The position numbers and the translations under genes were made by a program. From the UHGV virus genome UHGV-0174115: a DNA stretch of 23,432 nucleotides. One strand, 5' to 3'. Origin of the DNA: a virus. The first letter of the stretch is position 1, and every line of letters starts with the position of its first letter. Shown here one piece after another: positions 5,805-15,291 of the stretch. The notes below the pieces were generated by a model that saw only the letters and a list, made by a program, of their open reading frames with translations, was not told the origin of the DNA and did no database searches.

Positions 5805-8411
5805 ATGGCTAACTGTAACGATTATATCAGCGCTGATGATTTGAAAACAGGCAAACAAGCGATTTTACATATTGAGCATGTAGCGAAAAGTCGTGATGCT
5901 GCTGGCAACCCTGCACTGGAAGTAACAGATACTATTCGTGGTGAATCAGTTACTAACAAGACGCTTGATGGTTTACAGCGAATGTACACGGGGGCCATTA
6001 GTCAAGTTGGTTATGTCACACTAAAAAGTTTTCAATCAGGCGTACCTTTGCCGAATAACGAACTGACACTACCGAATCAAGTATTACAAGATGAAACAGA
6101 CGGTGAATACTACAGATGGGATGGTGTTTTCCCTAAGGTTGTCCCATCTGGCTCAACACCAGTTAGCACGGGGGGCATTGGTGTAGGTGCATGGTTAAGC
6201 GTTGGAGATTCCACTCTTCGTAGTCAGGTTGAAATTACCGCTGAGTCAATTGGTGTTGTAAGTGGTGTTGTTTCGCAATCTGTAGCAAAATCCAACGCTG
6301 ATATTATCAATGCTAAAGCGGCAGAGATAAGTGCTGTGGGTGGTGGGAAAATAATTTTCACCAGAGATTTATATCAGGTGCATATGAATGAGTCTGATTT
6401 TAGTTCTTCACCCGAAACAATTCGAGTAGCAGCGCTTTGTATTCCTTATGATAATGTAATTCTCGAAGGTCAAGGATGGAATTCAACTACTATACAAGCA
6501 TGGGCAACCAACTCCGCATATGGTGTTTTGCAGTGGTCAAAAGCACCATTGCAAAATGGTGTGACGAAAGTTCATGGTGTGGGTCTACACAACATTTGTA
6601 TCGATGGTAATTACCAAGGGGATTTCACACCGGGGTCTTATGTAAGACAGACAGAAGGGATTGTAGGTGCAGGCATTGAAGGTTTGAGCATCAACAACCT
6701 CAAGGTTAAAAACTGTTCCCACTATGGGATGGGTTTGCAGAACGGCGGCTACAAAGGGTGCATTATTGATGGTTACTGGTCAGAAAATACCGGTGCTGAT
6801 GGTATCGATATTAAAGATAATGGCTCAGTCAGCCGTGCATTCCAGTTAAATAACATCTTTGTTTTTAATTTTGGACAACTTGATGAACCAAAGAACCCAT
6901 GGGCTGGTGTTGATGTCATGTCAATTGCGCCAAAAGTATCTAATGTCTACATTTCTGACTTTGGAGATGTTGGTTGCCCAGGGGCGGGTGTTCGCATAAA
7001 GCAGGGACCAATAGGTGATCTGGCTGGAAGGGGATCAAGTGCGTGGGCAAATGTTTCTGACATAACGGTTGTACAAAACAGGTTTGGTGCAGCTTATACG
7101 ACATTGATTGGGCTGCACATAAAAGCTCCTTTTGTAAACTTCAGCAACATCGTTGCAATAGGATACGAAGGCGGGAGAATGAAAAATGGCGTCTGGATAG
7201 AAGAGAGGCACAGCCGGGGTTCTAATATTCAGATAGCCAACGCGGAAGATGGTTTATCTGTTACCGCCTCAACCAGTGGCACATCTGATGGACGACAGTA
7301 TGGTGATGGTGACGATACGGTAATTAACGGCCTTGTATGCAGAGATGTTAACCGGGCTGCAATCATCAACAGGAAATACGTGAAGTTAAGTGGGATAACT
7401 TTTAAAGATTGCCCTGTAGGGTTTGTATCTGGTGGTAGTGGCTCTGGTAAAATAACGATAAAAGGGGTGCATTTAGATAATGTTCCAAACCCATTTGGTC
7501 TAATGGGCGGAACTCACCACATCATCACTGATGTTACCGGCCCAAGCTCTGCAGATTGGCAGGCTGGGACTGGTGTTATAAAAGGTGCAAGTGATTTTGT
7601 TGCCACCACAATCATGAGCAAAAATAGCATACGTCTTTATTCTGGCTCCACAGATGATGCGCTTGGTACGGAAGTCGCGCGCTTTGCCTCGACTGTAAGT
7701 GATGTATTTTCTACGCTGCGTATCACTGGCAACCTCCAGCCGGTCGCCGCTAACACATATTCTGTAGGTACAAACTCATTGCCATGGGCAGGCGGTTATA
7801 CCCAGACGGCGTTTACTGTCACCTCCGATGAAAGGCAAAAATCTCGCCCAGTGATGCTGGCTCGTGGTTCTCTCGAACCCGCCCAAACGACAGATTCACG
7901 GTTAATGGAAGCCCCGTACGCAGATGATATTCTGGATGCCTGGGCGGAAGTAGATTTCGTTCAGTTCCAGTTCATTGACCGAATAGAGGTAAAGGGAGAC
8001 GATGGTGCGCGCTGGCACTTTGGAATTATTGCTCAGCGTGCCAAGGAGGCATTTGAACGCCACGGACTTGACCCTCACAAGTTTGCTTTCTTCTGTTACG
8101 ATCCAGAAGAAACCATTCCTGCTGTGTATGAATCCGTCCCGGCGAAGTATGAAGTTGTGCCAGCCGTTTATGATGCCGATGGGAATCTGGTTTCGCCAGA
8201 GTTGTGGGAAATGACTGAACCAGCGCATGAAAAGTTGGTGGCTGAGTCATATGTTGTTGGTGAGAAGTATGGTATCCGTTATGAAGAGGCGTTAGTCCTT
8301 GAAGCTGCATTACAACGAAGGAAATATACAAGACTCTTGACGTTAACCGAAAAACTAGCGTCAAGAGTAGAAATACTAGCGTCAAGAGTAGAAATACTAG
8401 AAAAGAAATAA
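5805..8411 (+). CDS. Tailspike/tail fibre with beta-helix (pectate-lyase-like) region and C-terminal intramolecular chaperone (peptidase S74-like) domain
   Basis: Gly/Asn-rich central region (e.g. NCSHYGMGLQNGGYKGCIIDGYWSENTGADGIDIKDNG) and C-terminal ...DSRLMEAPYADDILDAWAEVDFVQFQFIDRI...ARWHFGIIAQ... resembling endosialidase-type chaperone domains. ATG 5805 with GGAG 8 nt upstream (track 5778 is TTG). Confidence 0.8.
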   Translation: MANCNDYISADDLKTGKQAILHIEHVAKSRDAAGNPALEVTDTIRGESVTNKTLDGLQRMYTGAISQVGYVTLKSFQSGVPLPNNELTLPNQVLQDETDGEYYRWDGVFPKVVPSGSTPVSTGGIGVGAWLSVGDSTLRSQVEITAESIGVVSGVVSQSVAKSNADIINAKAAEISAVGGGKIIFTRDLYQVHMNESDFSSSPETIRVAALCIPYDNVILEGQGWNSTTIQAWATNSAYGVLQWSKAPLQNGVTKVHGVGLHNICIDGNYQGDFTPGSYVRQTEGIVGAGIEGLSINNLKVKNCSHYGMGLQNGGYKGCIIDGYWSENTGADGIDIKDNGSVSRAFQLNNIFVFNFGQLDEPKNPWAGVDVMSIAPKVSNVYISDFGDVGCPGAGVRIKQGPIGDLAGRGSSAWANVSDITVVQNRFGAAYTTLIGLHIKAPFVNFSNIVAIGYEGGRMKNGVWIEERHSRGSNIQIANAEDGLSVTASTSGTSDGRQYGDGDDTVINGLVCRDVNRAAIINRKYVKLSGITFKDCPVGFVSGGSGSGKITIKGVHLDNVPNPFGLMGGTHHIITDVTGPSSADWQAGTGVIKGASDFVATTIMSKNSIRLYSGSTDDALGTEVARFASTVSDVFSTLRITGNLQPVAANTYSVGTNSLPWAGGYTQTAFTVTSDERQKSRPVMLARGSLEPAQTTDSRLMEAPYADDILDAWAEVDFVQFQFIDRIEVKGDDGARWHFGIIAQRAKEAFERHGLDPHKFAFFCYDPEETIPAVYESVPAKYEVVPAVYDADGNLVSPELWEMTEPAHEKLVAESYVVGEKYGIRYEEALVLEAALQRRKYTRLLTLTEKLASRVEILASRVEILEKK
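8355..8396 (+). repeat. Perfect 21-nt tandem duplication (ctagcgtcaagagtagaaata x2) encoding LASRVEI x2 at the tailspike C-terminus
   Basis: Direct read of sequence; in-frame heptad duplication followed by LEKK and stop. Confidence 0.75.
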
Positions 8412-10940
8412 TTAATCATCCTGATAATAACGTGCATCATAATTGATGCACGTTAAACCCACTTGATAGTTATTATCCCTCCCTGATGGTTCCATAGTCT
8501 GAACCAACATCGCTAGCTTACTCCGTTGGTCATCTGCTCGGATCACAAATGCGGTTCGGTCACGTAACCAACCCGTATAAATTTCTTCAGACGGTTGATG
8601 ACTCAGGATTACTGTGAATTCATCGTTTCCAGCAATAATTGGAATATTTTCAATTGTACCCAGTCGCCCAGTAAGCGTAATTGAATAAACGTTACCTGGT
8701 GCAATTACCACCGGATCACTTAAAGTAAGTGTTAAGCCATTTACATCTTCAACGAAACCTTCCATTTGTTTCATTCGAGTGTTGTCGATCATGTCGACTC
8801 GCATACCGGGTGTAGCCTGTAACCCGATACTGTTGGTAATTGTTTCGTGGGTTATGCGTTGATAGCGAAGTTTGTTCATTTCACGATCAGCACGGATTGT
8901 AGCCAGATACTTAGACTGACACGCAACCAGGTCAATTTTGTTCAGGTTTATTTCTTCACCACGGGTGACATACAGATAAGACTTAACATCGTGGTCGAAG
9001 TATTTAACCTGAACGCCTGTATAATCTTTTGGTGGGGCGAATGTGCGGGTACGTTTATCACTGTCCGGGATCTTATATGCGTGACCAAACTGCATAGCAG
9101 ACTGATCCTGTGGTAATTCGGGCCAGAAGTATAGCACACTACCGACCTGATACGGGGTCACATTAACGGTACTGCAAATCGTCTGTAACCCTTCTTCGTA
9201 GGTGGTGCTATTGTTATCAAACGTGTAACCAGCCTGAATAGCACGAATATCACCAAAGTAATCTAACAATTGTTGTTGAACTGCGTACAGTGCTGTCTGG
9301 TCTATTGTACTGATGGTACGACGACCAAATACAGGATCGAGGTGCATGGACATAACAATGTCTGCGAAGTTCGAACTTGCGATACCATTATAAACACGGG
9401 TTGCTGTCATGTTTAATTTACGTTCTTTTTGTTTTAAAGCAGCATTGGTCGCTTTTGTTACAGCATGAATAAGCGTTACATCACCATAAGAGCGTGGTGA
9501 AATGTTACTGATTGCGTAGAGATCACGCCATTTAACATTGTCAACAACTGTTCCTTCGAAGTCTTTATCCGTATTCGATAAACGTCTTACCGAAACGTTT
9601 ACAGGTCCATTAAACGGGTTTTTCAGTATGACAGTCTTACCCACTGATTCCGTAAATCGTCCGGTAACCTGAAACGGATGATTTACACTCGCCTGAATAC
9701 CTGCTGGGTCTGAAAGAATCAACATGAAATCAATAGTAAATGGGTATACATCACCGTCCGTTTTATACACTCCGTTCTGCGCATACATGTTAATCATTAC
9801 TTTATCAGCATTTTCTAATAGATATGGTCCGACAATATACGGCGTGGTACTGTCAAGAGACGGTGAAAACTTGTATAAAACACTTCCACTTTCTTCGGTA
9901 GTTTCAAGTTCCCAGTAACCATCATTTCGCAAATAAGCCTGTGTATATGCAGCCTGGCCATTTTCAGACAGAATATCCCAACCATCACGACCATTAGTAT
10001 CAATGATTAACGTATTCTCACCTGCATAAATAACATCATATTCACCGGACAGGTCATTACGTACATACGTGTTTAACGGTAACGTATTAGGTGTAAAACT
10101 GTAAAATTGTGATAAACGAATTTTACCACCGATTGGTGCACGTTCTGACCAGTCAATCGTAGTGTTATCATCGCTGGAAATCGTAGTATCAATTTCACCA
10201 GTGCTGTAAATTTTAAAACTCGCTTTGCTGATATCAGCATAGTTTGGTGGCTTGACTTCAGATCCGTCTGCTTCGTTCGATGACTTAGCAACCATGATCG
10301 GAAAAGTGTTAATATCAATTGCACCACCGATATTCATGTACGGCGAACCATAACCGGGCGCATTACCTTTTTTATAAAAGTCTAATTTTTCACCACTGAT
10401 ATTTATAGCAGGTGTAATACCGTCACGAACATCTTCGACTTCGTATTCACCAACACCCAGACACAGAAACTGAACTTCATATTCTGTTCGGTCAATGAAG
10501 ATTCGGTAGTCCATTAACAGATCGGGATATGCCAGTACACGACCACGGATATCAGAAATACGTTCACCCGGTCGTGAAGCGTTGGTACGCCCCTGAAGCG
10601 CGTTGTTAGATGATGCTGAACGTGAGTTCTTAAGATTAGCCGACGCACTGGTATTCGGCATGAACAATTTTAAAATGGGGTTTAAAATTGTGCTAATAAC
10701 TTTCGTTATTGCACTAACCACCCCACCTTTTGGTAATTCATAAATGTGATAAACAGCATCAGGATCAGTTAATACGCTGGGGTCAGTGACCCATTTCTGG
10801 GTAATGTTTTCGTCGTTTTTATAAATCAGTAACCCACGCGGACGAACTGTACCCACGGGCCAGCGTTTCAGCATCCATTCACCAAAGTCAACGTTATCCG
10901 CATGTTCAACAGGATTAGTGTGATAAATGACTTTAGACAC
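8412..10940 (-). CDS. Large tail-tip / central fibre (host-specificity, J-like by position) protein, 842 aa
   Basis: Last and largest gene of the tail-tip module downstream of tape measure and small tip proteins; GTG start 10940 with GGAG 9 nt upstream. No specific motif recognised. Confidence 0.5.
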   Translation of the reverse strand: MSKVIYHTNPVEHADNVDFGEWMLKRWPVGTVRPRGLLIYKNDENITQKWVTDPSVLTDPDAVYHIYELPKGGVVSAITKVISTILNPILKLFMPNTSASANLKNSRSASSNNALQGRTNASRPGERISDIRGRVLAYPDLLMDYRIFIDRTEYEVQFLCLGVGEYEVEDVRDGITPAINISGEKLDFYKKGNAPGYGSPYMNIGGAIDINTFPIMVAKSSNEADGSEVKPPNYADISKASFKIYSTGEIDTTISSDDNTTIDWSERAPIGGKIRLSQFYSFTPNTLPLNTYVRNDLSGEYDVIYAGENTLIIDTNGRDGWDILSENGQAAYTQAYLRNDGYWELETTEESGSVLYKFSPSLDSTTPYIVGPYLLENADKVMINMYAQNGVYKTDGDVYPFTIDFMLILSDPAGIQASVNHPFQVTGRFTESVGKTVILKNPFNGPVNVSVRRLSNTDKDFEGTVVDNVKWRDLYAISNISPRSYGDVTLIHAVTKATNAALKQKERKLNMTATRVYNGIASSNFADIVMSMHLDPVFGRRTISTIDQTALYAVQQQLLDYFGDIRAIQAGYTFDNNSTTYEEGLQTICSTVNVTPYQVGSVLYFWPELPQDQSAMQFGHAYKIPDSDKRTRTFAPPKDYTGVQVKYFDHDVKSYLYVTRGEEINLNKIDLVACQSKYLATIRADREMNKLRYQRITHETITNSIGLQATPGMRVDMIDNTRMKQMEGFVEDVNGLTLTLSDPVVIAPGNVYSITLTGRLGTIENIPIIAGNDEFTVILSHQPSEEIYTGWLRDRTAFVIRADDQRSKLAMLVQTMEPSGRDNNYQVGLTCINYDARYYQDD
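8429..8454. terminator. 11-bp perfect-stem hairpin (aacgtgcatca-taat-tgatgcacgtt) at the junction of convergent tailspike and tail-tip genes
   Basis: Perfect inverted repeat read directly; lies within the last codons of the minus-strand gene, 18 nt past the plus-strand tailspike stop. No clean U-tract, so terminator role is tentative. Confidence 0.35.
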
Positions 10941-11292
10941 TTTTCATTCTCCAGAACGTGATTTCTTTATGTGCTGTCTTGATTATACTTAAAGGTGATC
11001 TGATTGTCTGTCCTGGTGAATCACCCGGTGGTTGATAACAATGATGAACCATTCCACAATCCCATACGCCGACATGAAAACCGCCTGAATATCTGTTCTT
11101 CATCAGTACAAGCGCGCCTTGTTCCGGTGTGGCAATTGGTGAAAAACGTTTTCGCATCCATCTGACAAACGCAATATCCCATTCATCACCTGAAACAGTT
11201 TTTAATATATGTGGGTAGTTGTGGACCTGATACCACTGACTAACCTCGTGTGTACAATTCCATTTGTCAATATCGTAGCGGTCACCGATCAT
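10933..11292 (-). CDS. Small tail-tip protein with NlpC/P60-like Cys/His pattern (lambda gpK-like C-terminal domain?)
   Basis: 119 aa with WNCTHEV ... GFHVGVWDCGMVHHCY; sits between minor tail proteins and the large tip protein; ATGA overlap with upstream gene. Confidence 0.4.
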   Translation of the reverse strand: MIGDRYDIDKWNCTHEVSQWYQVHNYPHILKTVSGDEWDIAFVRWMRKRFSPIATPEQGALVLMKNRYSGGFHVGVWDCGMVHHCYQPPGDSPGQTIRSPLSIIKTAHKEITFWRMKSV

Positions 11293-11795
11293 GTTGCATA
11301 CGCCAGTAGAGTGGGAAAACGTTCAAACGTATATAATTCACCTGTCCCGGCAAAGTTCGTAATAGGTGGTGACGCTGTAAACGTACAACCCTGTGGTTCA
11401 GTAGTAATATCGCCAGATTCCAGAAGATATGGTCCATCCTGAATATCAGACATGGAACCATCTTCACGGTAAACAAACGTTCGCAACTCAACAGATGGTT
11501 TTTCATTACTGTCAAGAGGAATTAAATCCAGATATACACCGACAACTTCATTCAGATCCTGAATGGTGAATGAATAATCCTGTGATAAATCGTTTTGTTT
11601 ATTCGCCTTCTTGACGGACATCGGAACGTACTCATACTCGTATTCCTTACCGTCTTCATGCACAGCGATAAATCCCGGATAAACACTGGTGATGTATAGC
11701 GGATTGGGCCATGAACTATGATTTAGTTTCACACCGTCAACAACACCTTTACCAGTTGTTGCAACGGTTAATAATTCACGCAGTTCGTCTTTCAT
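11289..11795 (-). CDS. Minor tail (tip assembly) protein
   Basis: Position in tail-tip module; ATG 11795 overlaps upstream TGA (ATGA); the track's 11807 start is GTG. Confidence 0.4.
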   Translation of the reverse strand: MKDELRELLTVATTGKGVVDGVKLNHSSWPNPLYITSVYPGFIAVHEDGKEYEYEYVPMSVKKANKQNDLSQDYSFTIQDLNEVVGVYLDLIPLDSNEKPSVELRTFVYREDGSMSDIQDGPYLLESGDITTEPQGCTFTASPPITNFAGTGELYTFERFPTLLAYAT

Positions 11796-12295
11796 TCTGG
11801 TGTCCACGCATTGTTTAAGAGTAAGCCAGTATCAATAATTTCTTTAAGGTAACAAGCAGCGTAATCACCCTGGCATTTAGTGATTAACAATCGTGACGCC
11901 ATTGCGCAACGGTCGATTACCGGAACAGCTTGCAACTGTAGATCGACAGATCCTTTCCATCCTACAACAGAGGATGACGGGTTACTGACAATCTGAACAA
12001 CGTGTTCCTGAATCAAACCGTTCACAAACAGTTGCATCACAAACCGCTTACTACCTTCAGCGATTTCCATATTATAAAAGTCGTCCCACCACTGAAGCAT
12101 CGCAGGACTGTATAACTGAATTGTACACGACACCTGAGCAGGACCACCAAAGGCGCTACGACCTAACCGTGATAGCGTCCCGGAAATATCAGATTTAGTT
12201 ACACCCCACGGTGGACTATAACTGTAATTATCACGCTCAGGTAACACCATTTTCGCGCCGTACTCAAGCCGTGGTAAATCATCTGTATTGCTCAT
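11792..12295 (-). CDS. Minor tail (tip assembly) protein
   Basis: Immediately downstream of the tape measure gene, with start overlapping its stop (TAATG). Confidence 0.4.
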   Translation of the reverse strand: MSNTDDLPRLEYGAKMVLPERDNYSYSPPWGVTKSDISGTLSRLGRSAFGGPAQVSCTIQLYSPAMLQWWDDFYNMEIAEGSKRFVMQLFVNGLIQEHVVQIVSNPSSSVVGWKGSVDLQLQAVPVIDRCAMASRLLITKCQGDYAACYLKEIIDTGLLLNNAWTPE

Positions 12296-15210
12296 TATAT
12301 TTTCCTGTTCGCATCATAGTTAGACCTGAACGCTTTATTTGTCTGACTGTACGGGTCATTCCATTGTGCCGCTGATTGTCGTGGGAATTCTTCACCTATG
12401 ATAAGCACTACATCATCCCGTGTTAATCCTTGTTTCACCTGAACACGTTCACCACCGTAGTTATGAACCTGAATATTAGGTGATGAACCACCTTCAGATC
12501 CGGGGGTGTATGTCCCGCGATTCATTGCTTCCAGAGTGCTACGATAACGACTGGTAGCCTGTTTGGTACTGACAAACTCACCATTACTCAAACGTGCGTT
12601 TATACTGTCACTCTGACCTGTACCCGGACCTTTAACATAACCACCCGTTGCAAAACCTGTTGCAGCCACAGACTGAATGTTACCTAACACGCTTGTTCCG
12701 TATGATAAAGCCTGTGCAATGAATGGAATATTCGCCGGGAACGGCAACGCCATAGCCTGACTAACGGCTGTCCACAGGTTAATACTCGCCTGTGCGATAC
12801 TAAAGGCTTTAGACAGTGCAAACATCGCTTTATACGCGTTTGATTGCTCACCTTTAGATTGTGCCAGACCAGCAGCCATTTGACCCAAAAAATCAGCACT
12901 GGATTGTAGCAACAAGCTGTAGTTAGCATTTGCAAGATTCGTACGGGCTTGTTCCCCAGCCTGTTGAATCTGCGTTTTCATATCCTGGTATTGTTGCTCG
13001 TTGATTAAATCTTGTTCACGGGCAGTTTGGATAATACTAAGACGTGTTGCTTCCTGTTGATTAACCTGATCAATTTGTGATTGATACGGGTTCAACTGTG
13101 CTTTCACATCAATGTCAACTTGTTTTACATCTGCGCTTAACTGTGCTATCTGCTGTTGACGTTGCAATGCAGCCACATGTGCATCAACAGCAGCACGTTC
13201 AGCATCTGTCGCGTCTTTATTCAGTCGTGACTGTGCTTCTGCCTGTTGTGACGCCAGCGTTAACTGTTGACGTACCTGATATTCTTTCTGATATGTTGCT
13301 GTAAGTTGTTCAACAGACGACCCCTGTGTTAAAGCAATCTGAACCTGTTCGCGTGCTAACTGAACATCATAATTACCAGCATTGATTTTATCCTGAAGCG
13401 TTTTCAGGTATTTCTGGTTAGCAGCCTGATTACGTTCCAGTTCTTTCTGTGCACGTTTAGCCGCAGATGCTTCAGCACTGGCTAATTTCTTCTGGTTTTT
13501 TTGATTTTCTTTATATTCTGCCTGTTGTTTCAACAACGCGGCGTAGTCTGCAATCTGTTCCTTTGTTGCTTTGTTACCCAGTTTCTGACTTGCTGCCAGT
13601 TCATAATTACCGTCAGCAAGCGCCTGGGTATAGGTAATCTGTTCTTTCAGGTTTTTAATCTGTTTTGCAGATTCGGCATCAGGACGTCCGGCAGCCTGAG
13701 CAGCCGTAATACTCGCCTGTAAAGTGCTTGCCTGATTTGCAAGATTTTCAGCAACACCTTTACCCAACGGAGTAGCCTGAACAACCCCTCGTTGTGCTTC
13801 TGCTTGTTGTTTTGTTAACTGAACATCAAGTTTTTTAAGTTCGTTTAATTTCTTCTGTGCAGCACTGGTGTCACCAACAAATTTTGTATACCCACCAATT
13901 GACTGTATTGTATACCCACGCTGAATTTGTGCTTCCAGATCTGCAATTTCTTTCAGATTGGCTTCGCGTTTTGCGGTAACACTGTTCAGATTGTTAGTGG
14001 CTTGTGCCAGTTTGTCAGCACCTGCAGCGGCTTTTATTAACTCTGTTGTACCCGATACACCACCTGCTAACAGGTCCAGGAATTTAGCCAGGAATTTAGA
14101 TGCGCCAATCTGCTGATCGAGTTCAGCGATAGCCACGGACAGGTTGTTACGTAACGCAGTGGCAGACTGATCTACAGAACGAGGAAGTTTATCGAACTGT
14201 GCGTTGATTTCATCAGTCGCGTTGTTTAACAACAACAGTTTATCACGGGTAATTTCACCATCAGAACCCAACTGTTTAAGTTCACCCGTGGTAACACCCA
14301 TCTGTTTAGCCAGCACCTGAAGAACAGTTGGTAACTGTTCCGACACAGATTTGAATTCATCACCCTGCAAAAGACCAGATGCAAATGCCTGTGATAATTG
14401 ATAAATAGCCGCTGATGCTTCAGCACTGGATGCGCCAGATACACGGGCCATTTTTTGCAGGTTGTCGGTAAACTGTAAAATAACCTGATTACTAATCCCG
14501 GCATCTTTACCAGCAGCGGCAAAACGCTGAAAACTGTTTGCCACAGCGTCAATATCTGTACCAGCACGGTTAGCCTGTTGTACTAATTGCGCAAAAATCT
14601 GTTGTGATTCAACCGACGTTGATGTGTACAGATTAATGCGACTCTGTAGCAGTTCAACTTTCGTTGCAGTATCTACAAACGCTTTACCCCAGTCGTAAAG
14701 TGATCCTGCAATCTGTAAACCAACAAACGCTTTTGCACCAGTGACAAGTGTTTCAAGAGCGCCTTTAGTTTTTTGTGTTGATTGATTAGTGTTATTCTGC
14801 TGATTATCAAGTTTTTTAAGACTGTTAGTCAGATCGTCAATTGCTTTCTTTTCATCAGCAGTTGCTTGTTTGATAATTTTGGCTAATTCAGCAAATTTCT
14901 GTTGATTATTAACAGTCTGACCAGCCGCACGAGCAGCAGCACCCTGTGTTGCTAACAGGCGTGATTGTTCCTGTGCTGCTTCACGAGTAGCCCTAGCTAC
15001 AGCAACAGCTTTAGTAGCCTGATTAGCTTGTTGTTGTGCTAGTTGCTGTGCTGCTTTTGCAACCTGCTGTTCAGCCACAGATAACTGATTAGCAGCCTGT
15101 GCTGCTGCTATGGTTGATTTTTCAGTCTGATCTAACTGACTGTTAAGATTATTAAGATTGCGGTCAGCCGAACCGGTGTCAATCTTAATATCAATAGGAT
15201 ATTGTGCCAT
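12295..15210 (-). CDS. Tail tape measure protein (971 aa)
   Basis: Long Ala/Gln/Leu/Lys-rich helical protein in the canonical position after the frameshifted tail chaperone pair and before the tip proteins. Confidence 0.85.
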   Translation of the reverse strand: MAQYPIDIKIDTGSADRNLNNLNSQLDQTEKSTIAAAQAANQLSVAEQQVAKAAQQLAQQQANQATKAVAVARATREAAQEQSRLLATQGAAARAAGQTVNNQQKFAELAKIIKQATADEKKAIDDLTNSLKKLDNQQNNTNQSTQKTKGALETLVTGAKAFVGLQIAGSLYDWGKAFVDTATKVELLQSRINLYTSTSVESQQIFAQLVQQANRAGTDIDAVANSFQRFAAAGKDAGISNQVILQFTDNLQKMARVSGASSAEASAAIYQLSQAFASGLLQGDEFKSVSEQLPTVLQVLAKQMGVTTGELKQLGSDGEITRDKLLLLNNATDEINAQFDKLPRSVDQSATALRNNLSVAIAELDQQIGASKFLAKFLDLLAGGVSGTTELIKAAAGADKLAQATNNLNSVTAKREANLKEIADLEAQIQRGYTIQSIGGYTKFVGDTSAAQKKLNELKKLDVQLTKQQAEAQRGVVQATPLGKGVAENLANQASTLQASITAAQAAGRPDAESAKQIKNLKEQITYTQALADGNYELAASQKLGNKATKEQIADYAALLKQQAEYKENQKNQKKLASAEASAAKRAQKELERNQAANQKYLKTLQDKINAGNYDVQLAREQVQIALTQGSSVEQLTATYQKEYQVRQQLTLASQQAEAQSRLNKDATDAERAAVDAHVAALQRQQQIAQLSADVKQVDIDVKAQLNPYQSQIDQVNQQEATRLSIIQTAREQDLINEQQYQDMKTQIQQAGEQARTNLANANYSLLLQSSADFLGQMAAGLAQSKGEQSNAYKAMFALSKAFSIAQASINLWTAVSQAMALPFPANIPFIAQALSYGTSVLGNIQSVAATGFATGGYVKGPGTGQSDSINARLSNGEFVSTKQATSRYRSTLEAMNRGTYTPGSEGGSSPNIQVHNYGGERVQVKQGLTRDDVVLIIGEEFPRQSAAQWNDPYSQTNKAFRSNYDANRKI

Positions 15211-15268
15211 GTTGGTTAACCTTTTCGTGAAGCATGTACACAGTTTAACACGTTAACCATAATATATG

Positions 15269-15291
15269 AAAAAGCCCGGAACTAACCGGGC
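15269..15291 (-). terminator. Intrinsic terminator-like hairpin (GCCCGG-N6-CCGGGC then U5 on minus-strand RNA)
   Basis: Plus strand reads aaaaaGCCCGGaactaaCCGGGC; on the minus strand the stem is followed by TTTTT. The stop codon of the chaperone T frame (15282-15284) sits in the loop. Confidence 0.5.

Noticed and set aside
7902-8385. ORFs of 70-119 aa on both strands inside the tailspike 3' region
   Set aside because: Fully contained in the chaperone-domain coding region with low-complexity translations; shadow ORFs.
12684-14567. Several 73-113 aa ORFs on both strands within the tape measure gene
   Set aside because: Embedded in a long, compositionally biased helical coding region, which generates open alternative frames; no independent support.
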